Below are positions 39,693-54,101 of a stretch of 64,000 bases of DNA, piece by piece. Under the pieces are notes generated by a model. That model was not told the origin of the DNA, made no database searches, and saw nothing but the letters and a program-made list of their open reading frames with translations. The DNA comes from Convolutriloba macropyga. Its lineage: Eukaryota. The stretch spans positions 9,920,001 through 9,984,000 of the forward strand of contig NC_134472.1 in assembly GCF_964194025.1 (NCBI RefSeq), read 5' to 3'. Each line of letters opens with the position of its first letter. The first letter of the stretch is position 1. The position numbers and the translations under genes are program-made.

Positions 39693-41925
39693 CAATGCGC
39701 CGAATCATACAATGAAACGTTTATAATGTTTGGGGCGAGAGGTTAGAGGTGGAGCTAAAGGTGACAGGGCTTTCTCTTGAAAAAAATTGATATAAAAAAT
39801 TTTGAGAATAAAAATTTGATATTATAGAGAAACGTTTAGGAAAATCTAAAGTGCCGGCGTAAATCTTTTAGATCTCATGCAAAAATTCGACTGAAGTAGT
39901 CAACGGTCATTCAAAAATCTTTTTAGAGCAAAAATTTTGCATCCACCTTTTTCACGCTAACTTAACGGCAGTGAAAACTACAAAATTAGTCCCAGAAAAT
40001 ATTTTTTAACTAATATTGGAAAGCCTTTAGAAAACTTCAAATTTCAACCGGTTGTGGAGGCAAAGCTGATGGTGGCACAGGTGGCCGGGGGGTTGAAAAC
40101 CACTTGAGTGCGAAGAATTTTTGTTTTTTAGATTTTTTATAAGATGTGAGGGAGGGTGTGGACCTTCTCCTCTGATAGAGAATAAAATAGACACAATTTT
40201 GTTAAAATCTTACTGGTGACATTTTAGTGAGATTTCAAAATTTTTTTTTTCATTATGCCCATTAAACGTTAAAAATGAAATTTTTTTGAAAAAATTTAAA
40301 ACATTTCAATTCAAAATTTAGTGTAAACGGATACAATCGTTTTAGAAACTTTTTTAGAGAAAATAACAAAGACGACGGAAATAAGCGGTGATGAACTTTG
40401 AGTTAAAATCAGTTCCCAAAGACGGTTAAATTTTTTACGAGTAAATTTTTTACTGTTGGGGTTTGTATTTGTGTGCTTGTTGGGACATTCCTCAAATGTT
40501 AGAAACAAATGGATATTGGTTGCAAAAACAGCAAGGAACTATAATTTTTTTTTACAAAATTACGTCTCATTTGTTAAAAATTGCAATTTTATGTACTTCC
40601 AACTAAAAAAATTTTTGTCTTTTGGGTCTGGCTAGTAACAAATCAGCGATATTTTAAAAATAAATCGATTCATTATGCCCTGGGAACATCAGAAATGGCA
40701 AAAGTTATTCTTGATTAATGATCAGTTGACGAAATTTTTGATAATGTTTTTTTTTATTTTGGCGTTTGCATTTGTGTTTGTGTGTGCTAGTGAAGTGTTT
40801 GTATGGTTGTGTTTCTAACGTTTGTTTGTTTCTGTGGCCCTCAAGTTGTACTACGCTTGTTTTTCTAGATAGTATTAAAGATTTATCGTTATGGTCTGCG
40901 TATTAAAGACGGCATATTTTTTTCCTTCAAACATAACATGTATATTTTTTGGATGCATATAAGTTGCTTTCAGATGGTCGCAACGGTATCTCTCCAAAAA
41001 ATTAATGGTTGCTTCTACAAACCTGAGATATATGTTTGAACATACTGTGCTCTGCAGAGACTCGCACGAGCCATCTTGTAATTCATTTACGATTATCAGA
41101 TTGATCTGCTTTACATGATTTAATCGTTACGAGCAACCTGAGAGTACTATCTTCATTTTTGATACAAAATATTTTTCGACAAAAAATCTGATTAATGACT
41201 AAAAATAAGGCCCTCTATTATAGCATTATTTTTCATTTTTTTGCCTCTATGATTTTTGATGTTAAAAGCTTGTTGGAAACCTTATTGTAATTTGTTGCTA
41301 TTTTTGTATAATTAATTCAAAAAAACATAGTTCTTCAATTGAGACTTCCTTTGAATTTAATACACTCGAAGAAATTTGGACCTTTAATCCATACTGAATT
41401 TTTTGATCATTTGCTGATTATATATTTTTAATTCGGAACATAAACTGAAGCTCATTTGTGTCAATTTTGCGGGATTGCTTTTTCCAATCAGCAAACACAA
41501 GATGTTTTTGGGATTTATTTCACTTGCTCTCCATCTTTTCTAGTTAGAAATTAGGGACACTCTGTGCTCCTTTATGCTTGAGTTTCCTGTAAATCGATTT
41601 AAAATCTTAAAATAAAAATCAATTCAATTAATAGTTAAATTCGTCGGCTTTTCCTCTGTAAAATTAGATAGTTTCAGCTAAACACTTGTCCTCAAAAATA
41701 GTAAATAGATAGCCCGATTTTGCTTTATACTGACTCAGATTATATAATTGTTCACTTTCAAATTAAAAATGGATTTGATCACAGCTGCAACGCAGAAAAT
41801 AACTAACATTTGTTAAAATGGGAGAAGGTTTGGACTAAAATTTTGGCTATAAACACACCCAAAAAGATCAAAGCAGAAATCAGACAGTAAACAAATGTTT
41901 ACAAAAATGGGCGTTTTGATGGGAA

Positions 41926-41960
41926 TATAAAAACTCCCTGATATAAAAATTTTTTCAGTT
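41926..41960 (+). promoter_or_regulatory. TATA box plus initiator upstream of G5
   Basis: TATAAAA at 41926 and TCAGTT with its A at 41957; ATG at 41994. Confidence 0.5.
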
Positions 41961-41993
41961 TTTAAAGTGTGGTAATTTTTGGATTCGATAGCG

Positions 41994-44900
41994 ATGATGC
42001 ATCTTTGGGTCATCTTTGCTTTGATAAATTTCTGCTATGCCCATAATGAAGAGTTAACAGACGCTGAGAAATTTTTTCGGGAACTGGAAAACTGCAAGCC
42101 TGGGTTCGTCAACTATGAAGCAAGATTTCCCGGATTCTCAAAACCAGTCGAAATAAAAAAGGTTGTGGATCGATTCAATGCTGGCAAAGAGATTTACAAA
42201 GTTTTTCCACTGGTGGGAGCAAGCATACGGATCGAACTCGTGAGCACCAAGCGGCAAGGATATGGACCCAATAGAAATGACATTGTTCTCTACCAAGTAT
42301 GTTAATCTGACGTATATACGAAATCTCGTTGAATAAGAGCTGAACTCAGAGTCCATGTTCTCTGAATTTCTATGAATAAGAGAAAAATTCAGAATGCACT
42401 TCTGAATCAGCTCTGATTCAAAATCAAAATAAGGAACTTTTCTCAACACTACAGACACACATAAAAAACTTGACATCGGTTTATTAACCGTTTTTATTCG
42501 GTTTTGGATGAAAAGGACAAAAAAACAGCCGAAAAAAAATCACAATTTTGATGTCATTCTGCTATGGTGAAGCAGAATGATATTTGTTTGCAAAGGTTTT
42601 GAGCTCAGAAAACCCTTCATAAATATTTTTCCTCCTGCATTGGTTCAAAAACAGATTGAGCTAAGGAAATTTCAGTGTTATTAGCCCTTCACAAAAAAAA
42701 TATAACAATTTAAAGTGCAAAAGTGAAGTTTTCTTAACAATAGCTTATTTCATTCACATAGCGTTTTAAAATCGACTATTTTTTTAATAAACTCTTGTGA
42801 TATGTGAAAAAGTAAAATCAGAAGTAAAATTCCTCTGCCAAAAAATTGATAGGAAAATTCTGTTTACATAATCACTAATTTTCCGTATGTCAACCAAACG
42901 TAAATGGCCAAAATTGCATTAATAAAACTAGCCCAATACAAAAAACACCACTTAACAAATTTTGGGACTTATCGAGCGTTTTTGTAGGTCTGAAATAAAA
43001 ATAACTGAAAAAAATGTGGTAACTGACAAATTAAAAATCTCAAATTACAAACACTAACTGCTATTTTTGATGTCGCATTGAGCTCAACCTCTTAAATTTT
43101 ATAAGTTGCCGAAAAAAAGTGAGAGGGTTCTACAGCACAAAGAGCCCGATCAAAAGAATACAAAAAACCAAACAAACTGAAATAAAAAATATTCTATGTT
43201 TTTTTTTAAAAAAAAATGTCTCTTTTTTCGCCGCAAAAAACCAACAAAAATCATAGATCTACTATTTTTGTTAACGAAGTAACCTCAAAAAGTGTGTTTT
43301 TAACTTGACTCGAGGAAATTTCCGACAACCTTTAATCTGTATTATAAATTTCGTCAAAATCTACAGCCATTGAATGAACTTGTACTTCCCAACTTTTATG
43401 TATTTATGTACTACCTGTCTTTCTGCTAGTTGGAAGAATTTTTCGCGTATATCAAAATCAGAGTTTCTCGCAGAACTAAACAACGTGGCGCAAATTTTGG
43501 TTTTGGTTGGGTTCTAAAAAAATCATCGTCTCCTTCCAACTCAGCGTCCTTTTAAGCACTGAGAAGACGCAAAGAAGCAACAAAAAAACGATCAAAAACC
43601 GACAGTTTCTTTTGAAAAAAAACGACGTTCGAAACGACGAAAAAGATCTAAAACCGATGCTTCCACTGGAAAAAAAACGACGTAAGAAACGACAAAAAAA
43701 CGACGAATAAATGATCATTTCTGGCACGCAAAAGATGACTTAATAATAAGAATAATAAATTGTTTCCACCAGTCAATAAGTAGCTTCACAATTACCTTTA
43801 CAAATACAATCACATATTTGACTGTGGGAGAGCACTATTGGGCTGATGGCCCGTTCTCAAGTGTCTCATTCAGTTTATCTGGATGAAAGTGATTCAAAAT
43901 GAAAAAAAGAGGAAGCACTGTTTGTCACGGTACCATTGAACCTAGCAGTAAAATCCTTATTCTGGTTTTGGAACGCCTTTGAGTTGTGATATTAAAACTC
44001 ATACAACTGTTCGATTATGTCCTCATTACCCAAAATATAAATATCTAGAAACTGATGAGAGAATTTTTTTGTTTCGGCATTAGATATGTTTTCAATCATT
44101 TCGATTATTACGTCATCGTAACCTAGAAGCATTCTTAAGACCCACCTTATCCTAACTATTAATGAAAAACTGTGAAATAGATTTTCACCTAGAGTTGTTT
44201 TGTTTTTAATCAACCGCTTGCTTTTTTCAGGCAGTTTGGCATTGAGGAACCCTTTGAAATAGGTGAAACATTATTTTGTCCCATTATGTTTTTTACTGTT
44301 TGCTGGAGTACCTCATAGGCATGTAATTCTGATGCTAATTAGATCCTATGTTTTATTCTTTCTTCAAAAGTGCTTTTCAGCTTTTTTCGATGAAAAATTA
44401 GCCGCACGATACGTTTGAGAACTTTGTCTATTTCCCTTATTGTTGTGATTGTTGTTGACCCGTATATCAAGACTACGTATTGTACTATTGGTTGTATGTA
44501 TGTTCTAAATGCTTTTATCATCTGTGATTCTCTTAAAACATTTCTCAGTTTATAAAAGATAGAACAATTCGACAAAAATTTTGTGACCACAAGCATTGAG
44601 TGCTTTGAGAAACGTAGTTCATTATCTAACGTGATGCCCAGGTATTTGAAACTTTGTTTTTCCTCAATTTTAGTGTTTTTTATGAGTGTTCTTGACACTT
44701 CATTTTTTTGATTTTTTTCATTACAAAAAGCATGCTTTTTGTTTTTTCCTTGTTAGGCGTTAGTTTGTTTTTTTTATGAGCCAATCATTGAGGTTATGTA
44801 GGCTTTGTTCTGATCATCGTCATTTTTCGATGCAGAGCTTCTGGTCTTCACAACAGTGTCATCGGCTTATAAAATAACATTTGATTTTTCTGGGACAAGC

Positions 44901-47478
44901 TTAAGTCATTCATGTATATAATAAACAAAAGAGGGCCAAGAATTGAACCCGGTGGCACGCCTAGTTCTATAAGCTTCAGTTTGGAATATTTTTCTCCCAA
45001 TAATGTATATTGCATTCGTTTGGACAAATATGTTTTTAAAATGTTGAATATAGAACCACGTAGACCATATCTATAACCCTTTGGCAGTAAAGTGTTTTGA
45101 TTAACAGTATCAAAAGCTTTCTTTAAGTCTAGAAAGGTGCATTTGGTTTTCTCGCTGTTGTTGTTGAGATTTGATCTTATTTCTTCTATTAAAGTTGCAA
45201 TTTAACTGTGCTCTTCCCGTGCCTGACGCCAAATTAAGAATCTGAGAGAATTTCAAAAACATTTAGGGAGTTTTGAATTCGATCACATATAATCCGCTCA
45301 AAGACTTTCCCTATAATTGGTAGCAACGAAATGGGCCTGAAAATTGATGGGTCATCTTTATTTCCATTTTTAAAGAACGGTAAAACTTTTGCAATCTTTC
45401 TATTTCTCTGGGTATTTTCCAATTTCTATGCATCTGTTAAACAATAGTTGTAAAGAGCTGTTAAACAGTCAGAAAATTTTTAATGAAAAAATTGTTCAAG
45501 TTACAGCAATCAAGGCTAAACTTGTTTTTACAGTTGTTGATAGCGTACTTTACGTCATTTCCAGATATCGATTTTAGAAACCTACTTTGAATCTGTTTTT
45601 CTATCCTAACGGCACTTCTTGTTAAAGATTCTGCATTTAATTTTTGCCCCATGTTTGGGAAGAACTCGTTAATATCTTCTATTTTATTTTGTGAGCAAAA
45701 AATAATAGAGGACTCTGAATTGCCGGCTAAAGAACTATAAAGCTGAAAAAAGTCTTTCTGTTTTTTTTACCGAATCGGTTTTAAGTAGATTTTGACAAAA
45801 AAGTTTGTTTTTTAGATCTGATGAGCGATTTAAGACTTTTACAATTTTTTTTGAAAATTTTTGTTAATTTGCGGACTTCCAGTTGCATTTGTCAGTTTCT
45901 TAAGACCACGTTTTTTCATCGCTAAGTTTCTAACATCATTGTTGATCCAATTTTTGTTCTTTTTTCGTGTAAGATGTTCTTCAAGGAGGTGACTGTTTAA
46001 TGCTTCAGTGAGCATTTCGGGAAAATTTTTGAAGGCGCTGTCTATTGGTAAGAGTTCTAAACTACTTCTGTGGACCTCTAATTGATACCTGAGATCCTTT
46101 TTGAGTCTTTCTCTCGGATTTGGATTATCTGGATTATGCCAATTGCGTTTTTTTAGAGCTTTAATTTACTTTTCTGGTCTGCCATCGAGGTCAAAAGAGC
46201 CATCTACCTTATGATGATCTGTTATACAGGTTGATTTAACTTTTGTTTTAATAAAAAAGTTAGAAAATATTGCGTCAATGAGCGTACCTTTGCAATTTGA
46301 TACCCTTGTTGGCTCATTATTATTAGATATAAAAAGACGTTTTCCGGCTTAAAAGCTTTTTAAAATTTCGGCGTTTTTGCTGTTTAATAAAAAATTAACA
46401 TTAGAATCCCCACAAAGTACGTCTTTTGTTTCGGGGTCAACCATTAGGCTGTCGAGATATCTATCAACCGTCAAGAAATTGGCTTCATTAGTGCAATTTG
46501 GTGGCATGTAAATTCACGAGAACCAGATTTGGTCTTTTATGGTTTTGATGGCAACTGTTAGTAGTTGAACGGAATTGGTTTCTAATTTTTTAACTATCTG
46601 ACAATTTATGTTATTTTTTAAGAAGAATGCAACAGCTCCACCTCTTTTTTACGATTGCTAGATATAATTGTTCGATAACCATTCAAAGAAAAACAGTTAT
46701 TGTTGTAGCTAGGACCTAAACGACGGAAATTAATGACAACGACATCAAAACGACGAAAACGATGATTTCTTACAGAAAAAAGCCGTTTTTTCGTCGTTGT
46801 TCTCAACACGGGCAGAACGAAAACATTGGTTAAATCTCGATTGCCTCTCGGATTTATTTCTCACTTTAAACTAAACCAGACAAAAGCAGAGTCTGAATCA
46901 GAAAAAACTTCATAGTCTGATTCATAGTCTGAATCAGAGAGTATTAGAGCAAAATGTGACATAAGCAGACTCTGAATAAGTTCTGAACAGTTTCTGAAAA
47001 ATTTCCTGATTCAGTGCAGAATTTTACTGTGAAATTGAAAATCAGGTTCGGGAAAAACACTTTGATTTGAACTATAAGAGCTGTTATCACATGTTTCTAT
47101 AGGACTGTAAATAATTCTTGATTGAAATTTGAATGACTTTGGCAGATTGAGGTTCCAGATCTAATTCAATGATGTTCATCTTTCGGGTTTCAACTATTGG
47201 GTTTAAGAATGTGATTTAACTTTTTTAAACAATTTTTTGTTTTGTAATTTTAGGTGTCTCACTCTTTCGGCAGATACAAAGTACAACTGCATAATGGACT
47301 GGCCAAAGCGGAGTTACTACAGCCTGGCACTTGCTTAGAACCATTTGGTTACGATAGCAACATTGACAACAGTATTATTGACAATCAGAACATTGACAAC
47401 AAGATTATAGACATGAACAACAATCGACCTTTACAAAGTTACAGGGTTCCACCCGAAGAATGGAAGGGTTATGAATGA
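41994..47478 (+). CDS. Secreted stefin/cystatin-fold-like protein 5 (G5), 175 aa; exons 41994-42296 and 47254-47478
   Basis: Signal peptide MMHLWVIFALINFCYA and NC...FPGFSKPVE. Donor CAA|GTATGT at 42297 and acceptor TTTTAG at 47253, phase 0. Exon 2 reads VSHSFGRYKVQLHNGLAKAELLQPGTCLEPF plus an IDN-repeat tail. Confidence 0.86.
43741..46715 (-). mobile_element. Decayed, 5'-truncated non-LTR retrotransposon (APE endonuclease + RT, CR1/L2-like), antisense in the G5 intron
   Basis: Minus-strand APE motifs: VLCGDSNVNF, EPTRVSNCKGTLIDAIF, ITDHH. RT motifs: FRPISLLPIIGKVFERII, FLDLKKAFDTVN, GVPPGSILGPLLFIIYMNDL, *ADDT (YADD with a stop, ~44858-44869), YLGITLD. There are many stops and frameshifts and a (TTA)n-like tail near 43741. 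Confidence 0.93.
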
Positions 47479-50400
47479 TATCGCATGGCAGGACTGTAAA
47501 AAAATGCGAGAATGCTGCTAAAATTGATGAATCGGTGCAGAATATTTGGAGACGGGTTGAAAAATTGATGCTCAGGTAAACTAAAATTATTATTTATGAT
47601 TGCGAATTTTAAAATTGACTTTCTTGATGAAAGAGACAATTTAATTAAGCTATATATGCACATCATATGCATTAACGTAACAAAAGAATAATAGAAATCA
47701 AACACTCAATCGAGGATCCGTTTAATTTTCATGTTCAGCTTTGGTTTCTACGACTTAGTAGAAAGTAAGAAAATTGATAAAATAAAAATGATTCCGCTTG
47801 ATTCATTGTAACTTAAATTAACGATATTTTCAGTGAATTTTACATGTTTCTATGCCTTCCTTCAATTATTGTTCGTGAAAACTCGGCAGTCAATTTTGTC
47901 TGTTATCTGTTGAAAAAGATATCATATCTGCAAAGAGCACTTTAGTTGGGAATGTACGCAAACAAATGATGGTTCTGACGTTATTCTCAGCTATTATAAA
48001 ATTGGGCGCGTAAAGATTGAATCGTTATAGCCGAGTCCTCAGCGGTGATCTCTTTTATGGCAATCTGAAGTTCAACTTCTAGTCATGGAATCAAAGACGT
48101 CATTGTTCAATACACATAGAATGTTGAGCTCATTAGGTACTTTTGCTATGGTTAATTGACGTCTATTTTAAACGACCTCTTTACCGAGACTCATTATTAA
48201 CAACAATATTTTTGAAGAAACATTTTTTTTCCAATAGGCATATACAGTAACCATCTAGATTACGTATAATTAATACCTTAGCGATTGAGCAATATACATT
48301 TCCAAATCATCCAATAAAGTGATAAAAATTTGACTAAGCTATATGTTATACATCTTGCCACAATACTGTCCAGTATTTGAGATAGAAACTGGTAGGAAAG
48401 GCAGTTATATTTTCACTTGTCAACTTGTAAAGACTTTTTCACTGTCTTGTTGTCACTGTCGAGTTGTTTCTATGGAAAGCCTTTCGGAACGACTGAACCG
48501 ACTAAGTACGTTTTGGTTTTTTTTATATTAATCAAGTCAAAACTTTTTTTCAATGAGCCTTAAGTTGGCCATTCCTATATCCTAACAGATTGATCTAAAG
48601 TTTGTCACCAAATGTTGAAAACTTAAAAATTATTTTCATATCTCAATCAATTCATTAGAATGCAAATTGATTTGAACGAGCAATTTAGTTAACATAAAAA
48701 AATATCGATTTGTTCTGATCGAAGATCACAAAACAGAAAAATAACAGGAACATCGATAGCGTAGCATATTTTCTTTTTTGTCTCAGGTGAACGAATGCCT
48801 TTAGTGTTAATAATTTCCGCCTTATTTTGAGAACCAAAAAATTGCTCTGCGTTGATAAACTGTTTCCAATCTATTTCATGAAATTTGAGGAAAATTTACA
48901 AATCACTTTTGCCATAATTTCAAAAAACAACCATAATAACCTCCGTTTTTGTTATCGCCAATTTTTGCTAGATGTTTTCTGCAACAATATCAATCAAGGG
49001 ATTTTTCTCAACTGCTACAATATCTGTTCTTCAAGTCGCAACGATAAGTGTCTTAGGTAGGACTGAATTTTTTTTTGATCTTTCAGCAGAAACTGGAGCA
49101 AAAAAAGTTCCGAAGCGTTATTATTCATTTCTGCGCACTGAGTAAAAAATTTTCCCAGATATACCTAAACACTATCAGGAAAATAAACTTTTAAATTATG
49201 TTAGAGGAAAAATCTTAAAAACACTCGCGAAAAACAGAAAGTTTTGAATATTTGAATTGTGTTTCAACAAAACATCTTTCTGAAATTAATTAACAAAAGC
49301 CAGCTGATATCGTCAAATTGGCATCTCGGTAGTGAAATCCATTTTATTCAAATCATGCTCTCGTAGAATCAGCCGTAAAACAAATCCATTAAATTTGGAT
49401 TTTCGATCAATTGCAATAAAAAACGGCAGGAAAATAAAATCAAAACATGAAATAAGGTTTGCCGGTATTCAAAATGGGCACAATGAACCCCAAGTTTCTG
49501 GACAGCAAATTTTTTATATGATATTTTGGGGTTTTGAAAAAAATTGAGCAAAATTTAAGATATGCACAGTTTTTTGGGGAGATTTTTTAATTTGATTACA
49601 TTTAAAATTGCTCAGAAGTCTCCTTTTTCAGAAATCGTTGTGTCCAATTTGTTGAAATTGCTTTTTAGAAAATTTTATATGTGTTTCTCTTAATTTAAAA
49701 TGCTGACTTTTGAAAAACTATGAACTACTTTTTCACTACAGAAAACAAGTTATCTTGCCGTCGGTTTACTGTATATACTTTCAAAAACCAAACTTTCAGC
49801 AATCTGGCTATAATTAAGCAGAAGGAGGAAAAGTGGGGGATTCCACAACGTTTTCAATGTTTTTTATCGACTGTACTCTAGCTTTATCAAAAAATTAGTT
49901 CAATCAGCTTCCCGTGTGCTAGTTTTATATATTAATTGCTATTGCGTTGCCAATGCGATCTGCACACAAATTTGTTAACAATGGTCTATGCAATATTTGA
50001 GTAGTTGAAATTTTATTTGAGCCATAAGTCATGTTGTGATGCTTATTTAAGCTTCCGCAACACACACACACTTATGATCCATCTGATTATATACCTGACT
50101 TAAATTCTCCAACTGAGTTCAAAATATTGCTACTAATGAGCAAGATGTGCTGGAACAAATAACCTAGAAAATAATATATTCAGCAGAAAAATTGTCCCTG
50201 AAATACAACCAAGCGAGATTTTGAAAATCAGAGGCCTCACTTCCAAGATCAAAAGCAAAATTAGTAAAAACAGTGAATCTTAATTCAACTGAAAGTACTA
50301 AACTGATTTGAAAAAATTGCAAATAACTCTCTGATTTTCTTAAAACTAATATCAACCATTTAAGTTAAATTAAGTTAAAAGCATTTCAAACTCTATATTT

Positions 50401-53063
50401 AACATCAAAACCATTAGTCCAATTTAAAAAAAGCATTCTACCAATAGACGTCTTAGGAGCACAAAAATTTGAAAGTAATCACAAAACAGACCAAAAAACA
50501 TATTTTTTAAAACGTATGTGTGTCACTTCGAACCAAAAATTGCAGATGCAAGTAATTTATTTTTATTGAAAAAAACTTAAAAGAGAACACGTGGGGAAAA
50601 CTTAAAACACGCTGTCAACAATTTTTTAACAGTGGAAGTGAACTTTGACCCCTGAAATTTTCCATGCCTTGCACTTGTGGCTATAGCAAAATTTTGATTT
50701 TAAGAGTTAATGAAAAATTTCATTAGGATCTGTCTGTAGGAATTTACTTGTGTTATTTATGGAAGGAAAAAAGAAAGCTAACTCTTTGAGTATATGTTCA
50801 CTCATTTTTAGCGGCAGTAGTGATTTTTTAACTTCAAAAGCCCTGATGATGAATTATTGTAAAAATATGAATGCCGAAAAGATTTCAGATGTGTGATGCA
50901 ATGCTGCGAGAATGTAATAAAAAGGACCCTTAAAAAATATATATTGGTTGACGAAAATTGTGATTCTGATTGCTAAAAAGGCCACATAATATACCACACT
51001 AGTCGTGAATGAAAATATTACAAAAAACTATTTGAATAATCTAAAAAAATGGATTTACAAAAATGTTTCAATTTTGTTCTCAGTCTGCTAATAGGTAAAA
51101 AACAATATTAGTACGCTGAAATTATGCTTGAATTAGCCTTCAAAATTTCTCCTCTTTTCAGCACTGCAATAGATTATGTTTTGTGATACAAAAAAAATCT
51201 GGTCAAACAAATAAAGCAAAAAACAAACTGCGCTTTCAAATAAAACGACAAATTGAATTAAAGTGAATTCCAGTTATTCAAACAAGGTTTTAGCTGCCTA
51301 TTGTTTCCTGGTTTGGATCAGCAATGTGCGTCCACACAAAAATGTCTATACGTTCATTGCTAAAAACTATTGCAGGTTGAAGAAATAACTTCTGTTTACC
51401 CAAGGCACAAACGTAGAAGCTTCAGATACTTAATGGAACTTATACTGGCTGAATAAAGATCTACAAAAGCTTGCTTAACAGTGACAAAGAATCATTTACA
51501 AGATTTTTAGCTGAACTGACCTTTTACAATTGTTAAATTTTACTTTCATCCCTTGGGCCTTAAGCGTTGAATCAAACTAACAAATTCAGTGAGAACAGAA
51601 ACCGACAGTTTTACAATCTCCGAGAGCAGACTTTAGGGTAATTGATTTGAGATATAATGTATCCAAGTACCTTTTTCACAATATATCGTTTTCAAACACT
51701 ACAACTAGTGAAAAAACAAAACTGAAAAAATTTCTTAAAAGATGAAGCTCAATAATTAGAGTTTGCACATGATGTTTGACCCCGCTCAACCAAAAAATTT
51801 ACTTTCTATTCGAAAATGATCGCTTGATCCGTTTGAAAAACTCTTTGGCTCTAGCCAATAAACAAAAGAAAGAATAAATTATTAGAAGCCCAATGATTAA
51901 TGCTATTAAAGAGCGTGAGAGACTAAGCAAACCAAAAATCAAATCAAACAACAACCAATACTAACGAAAAAAACTCAGCCTCCGTCCATTCTTTTAAAAA
52001 AAAGGTAACGAAAACGTCAAAATAGCATCTGATAAAAATAAACTGAACAAAATGACCTCCATCTAAACAACAAAGATATGCAACCTGCAATTTTTGAGAC
52101 GAATTAACAATTAGATACAAAGCAAAAATGTAAAAAAGTTAGCAAATTCATTTACATTTTTTTAAAAACAATTAAATTCAAAGTCAATTAAATAATTAGC
52201 TATCAACTGAAACTAATCAATGGCTTCATTTCTACCAAAATTTTGAAAAATGACGTCATCCAGAATCTCATAAGAATACAAAAAGCACAAATACAGACGA
52301 AAATCAACAGTCATCTCAATTTTGAGAGGCAAGTTTGTCGAAGCTTATAGGATCAAAATCTATACACCAAAAATTTGGAATACCATTATTTGCTCTTTAT
52401 TCGAACGTCAATAATGTGAAATGCGACGTGTCACGTGTCATTTTTGTACCATTAATGTGATAATCAGAGAAAAACAAAAGAGAACCTCAAAAATTGAAAA
52501 ATGTCAAAATCGAAAAAAAAACTTGTAGTATCAACGCCGAAAAAACCACTAGGAAAACATTAAAACTGCAATTTTACATTCAAATTGCAATTCATAATCA
52601 TAATTGCAATCGACTCCGCTTGAAAAATTGCTACTTCTCTTATAATCAGGCTATGCGAAAAGGGTGCAGAAAAAAGACTGAAAGTGGTGAATCTCAAAAA
52701 ACCGCTAATTTTTTTGGACACAAATTTGTTAATATAGTAAGACATCACAACAGCAAGCTTTCAATTGAAAAACGGTCGATATTTAACCAAAAAATTGCTG
52801 GAGAAGCCCATTGTACATGTCATTTGTGAGACTAAGTCAGTAGACTACACATTAACACTTAAGAAAGACAGAGTTCAAATTTTGACAAACATTTTTATGC
52901 AAACGGAGTTGAAGCCAAGAAACCATATAGTTTTCGACGATATTGTTAGGTGTGTTCTTTGACCTACTCTTGTAATAAATTTGACTTGTCATTAATTAAC
53001 GTTTGACATGAAAGGATTCTGGTCCGTAACTAGCATAAAAGAAAACAAAAGAGGCAAAAAATC

Positions 53064-53065
<2 letters not shown>

Positions 53066-53113
<48 letters not shown>
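53066..53113. repeat. (TA)n microsatellite
   Basis: About 24 TA units. Confidence 0.97.
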
Positions 53114-53118
<5 letters not shown>

Positions 53119-54101
53119 AATTTATAAATATATGTAACGCTCCATTACAATCCGAACATTTTTGAACTATAACAATTGACAATTAGATCAAAAATGGCTT
53201 TTCTTTTGCTGCTTCTACATTACAGCAAAACGATGTACCAAATTTTACCGTAATGGCTAACTTAACCCAAAAATTGTTATGAATATAAGTAATGAACTTT
53301 GGATACTCATCGAGTTATATTAACAAAAAAAACATTAAGTATCAACGGAAAGCATTCGATAGTTTCTTTGATAACTCCCCAGACACTGAATTAGACATTT
53401 GATAATTTAGACTCTGTCAAAAAATTTCCATAGGAAGATATTTCCAAAAAATTTCCATACTGGCAACTCTCCTCCAGAATTATTTGATATTTTACGAAAA
53501 CAAAATGTTGCAGAAAAAAAATGCTCACTCAAAATTGTTTCATTGGACCGTACCGGAGAATCAAGCACTCATTATTAATGATACAGCTGTATGAAAAAAA
53601 ATCTTTTCATCTGAACTTTGAAAAAAATGCAAATAGTTTTTCGTAAAGAGAGACCCAAAATACAATCCGAATCCTTTTTCATTGCAATACTCATCAATGA
53701 GACCAAAGCTAGCTTTGCTATTGATGCTCACCATTTGAAAAACCCAATTGTTCTAATTTACAGCTTTATAGTTTTTTGTGAAATGAAAGTTTTACTATAT
53801 CTAATATAAGCTAGGCGTTTTTTTGTAAATGTCGGTTTAAATTAGCTAAAAACTGCAAAAATAATATTTCCAGAAAACCTTTTTAGGAACCGGTACAGTT
53901 AACCTTAGTCCATATCTGACTTAGGGAAGATTGTGTGACCTTCGTTTGTCTTCACCACCGTTCAAACTGGGCGGGCAAAATGAGCCAAATAGGCATATTC
54001 GATGCCATTTTTTATTAAAAAAAGGAAAAAGTGATGAATTTCTAAAACTTTAGCTGACTTTTTTGGTCAAAAATGTTGGTTCAAGCAGTTCACCAACTCT
54101 A

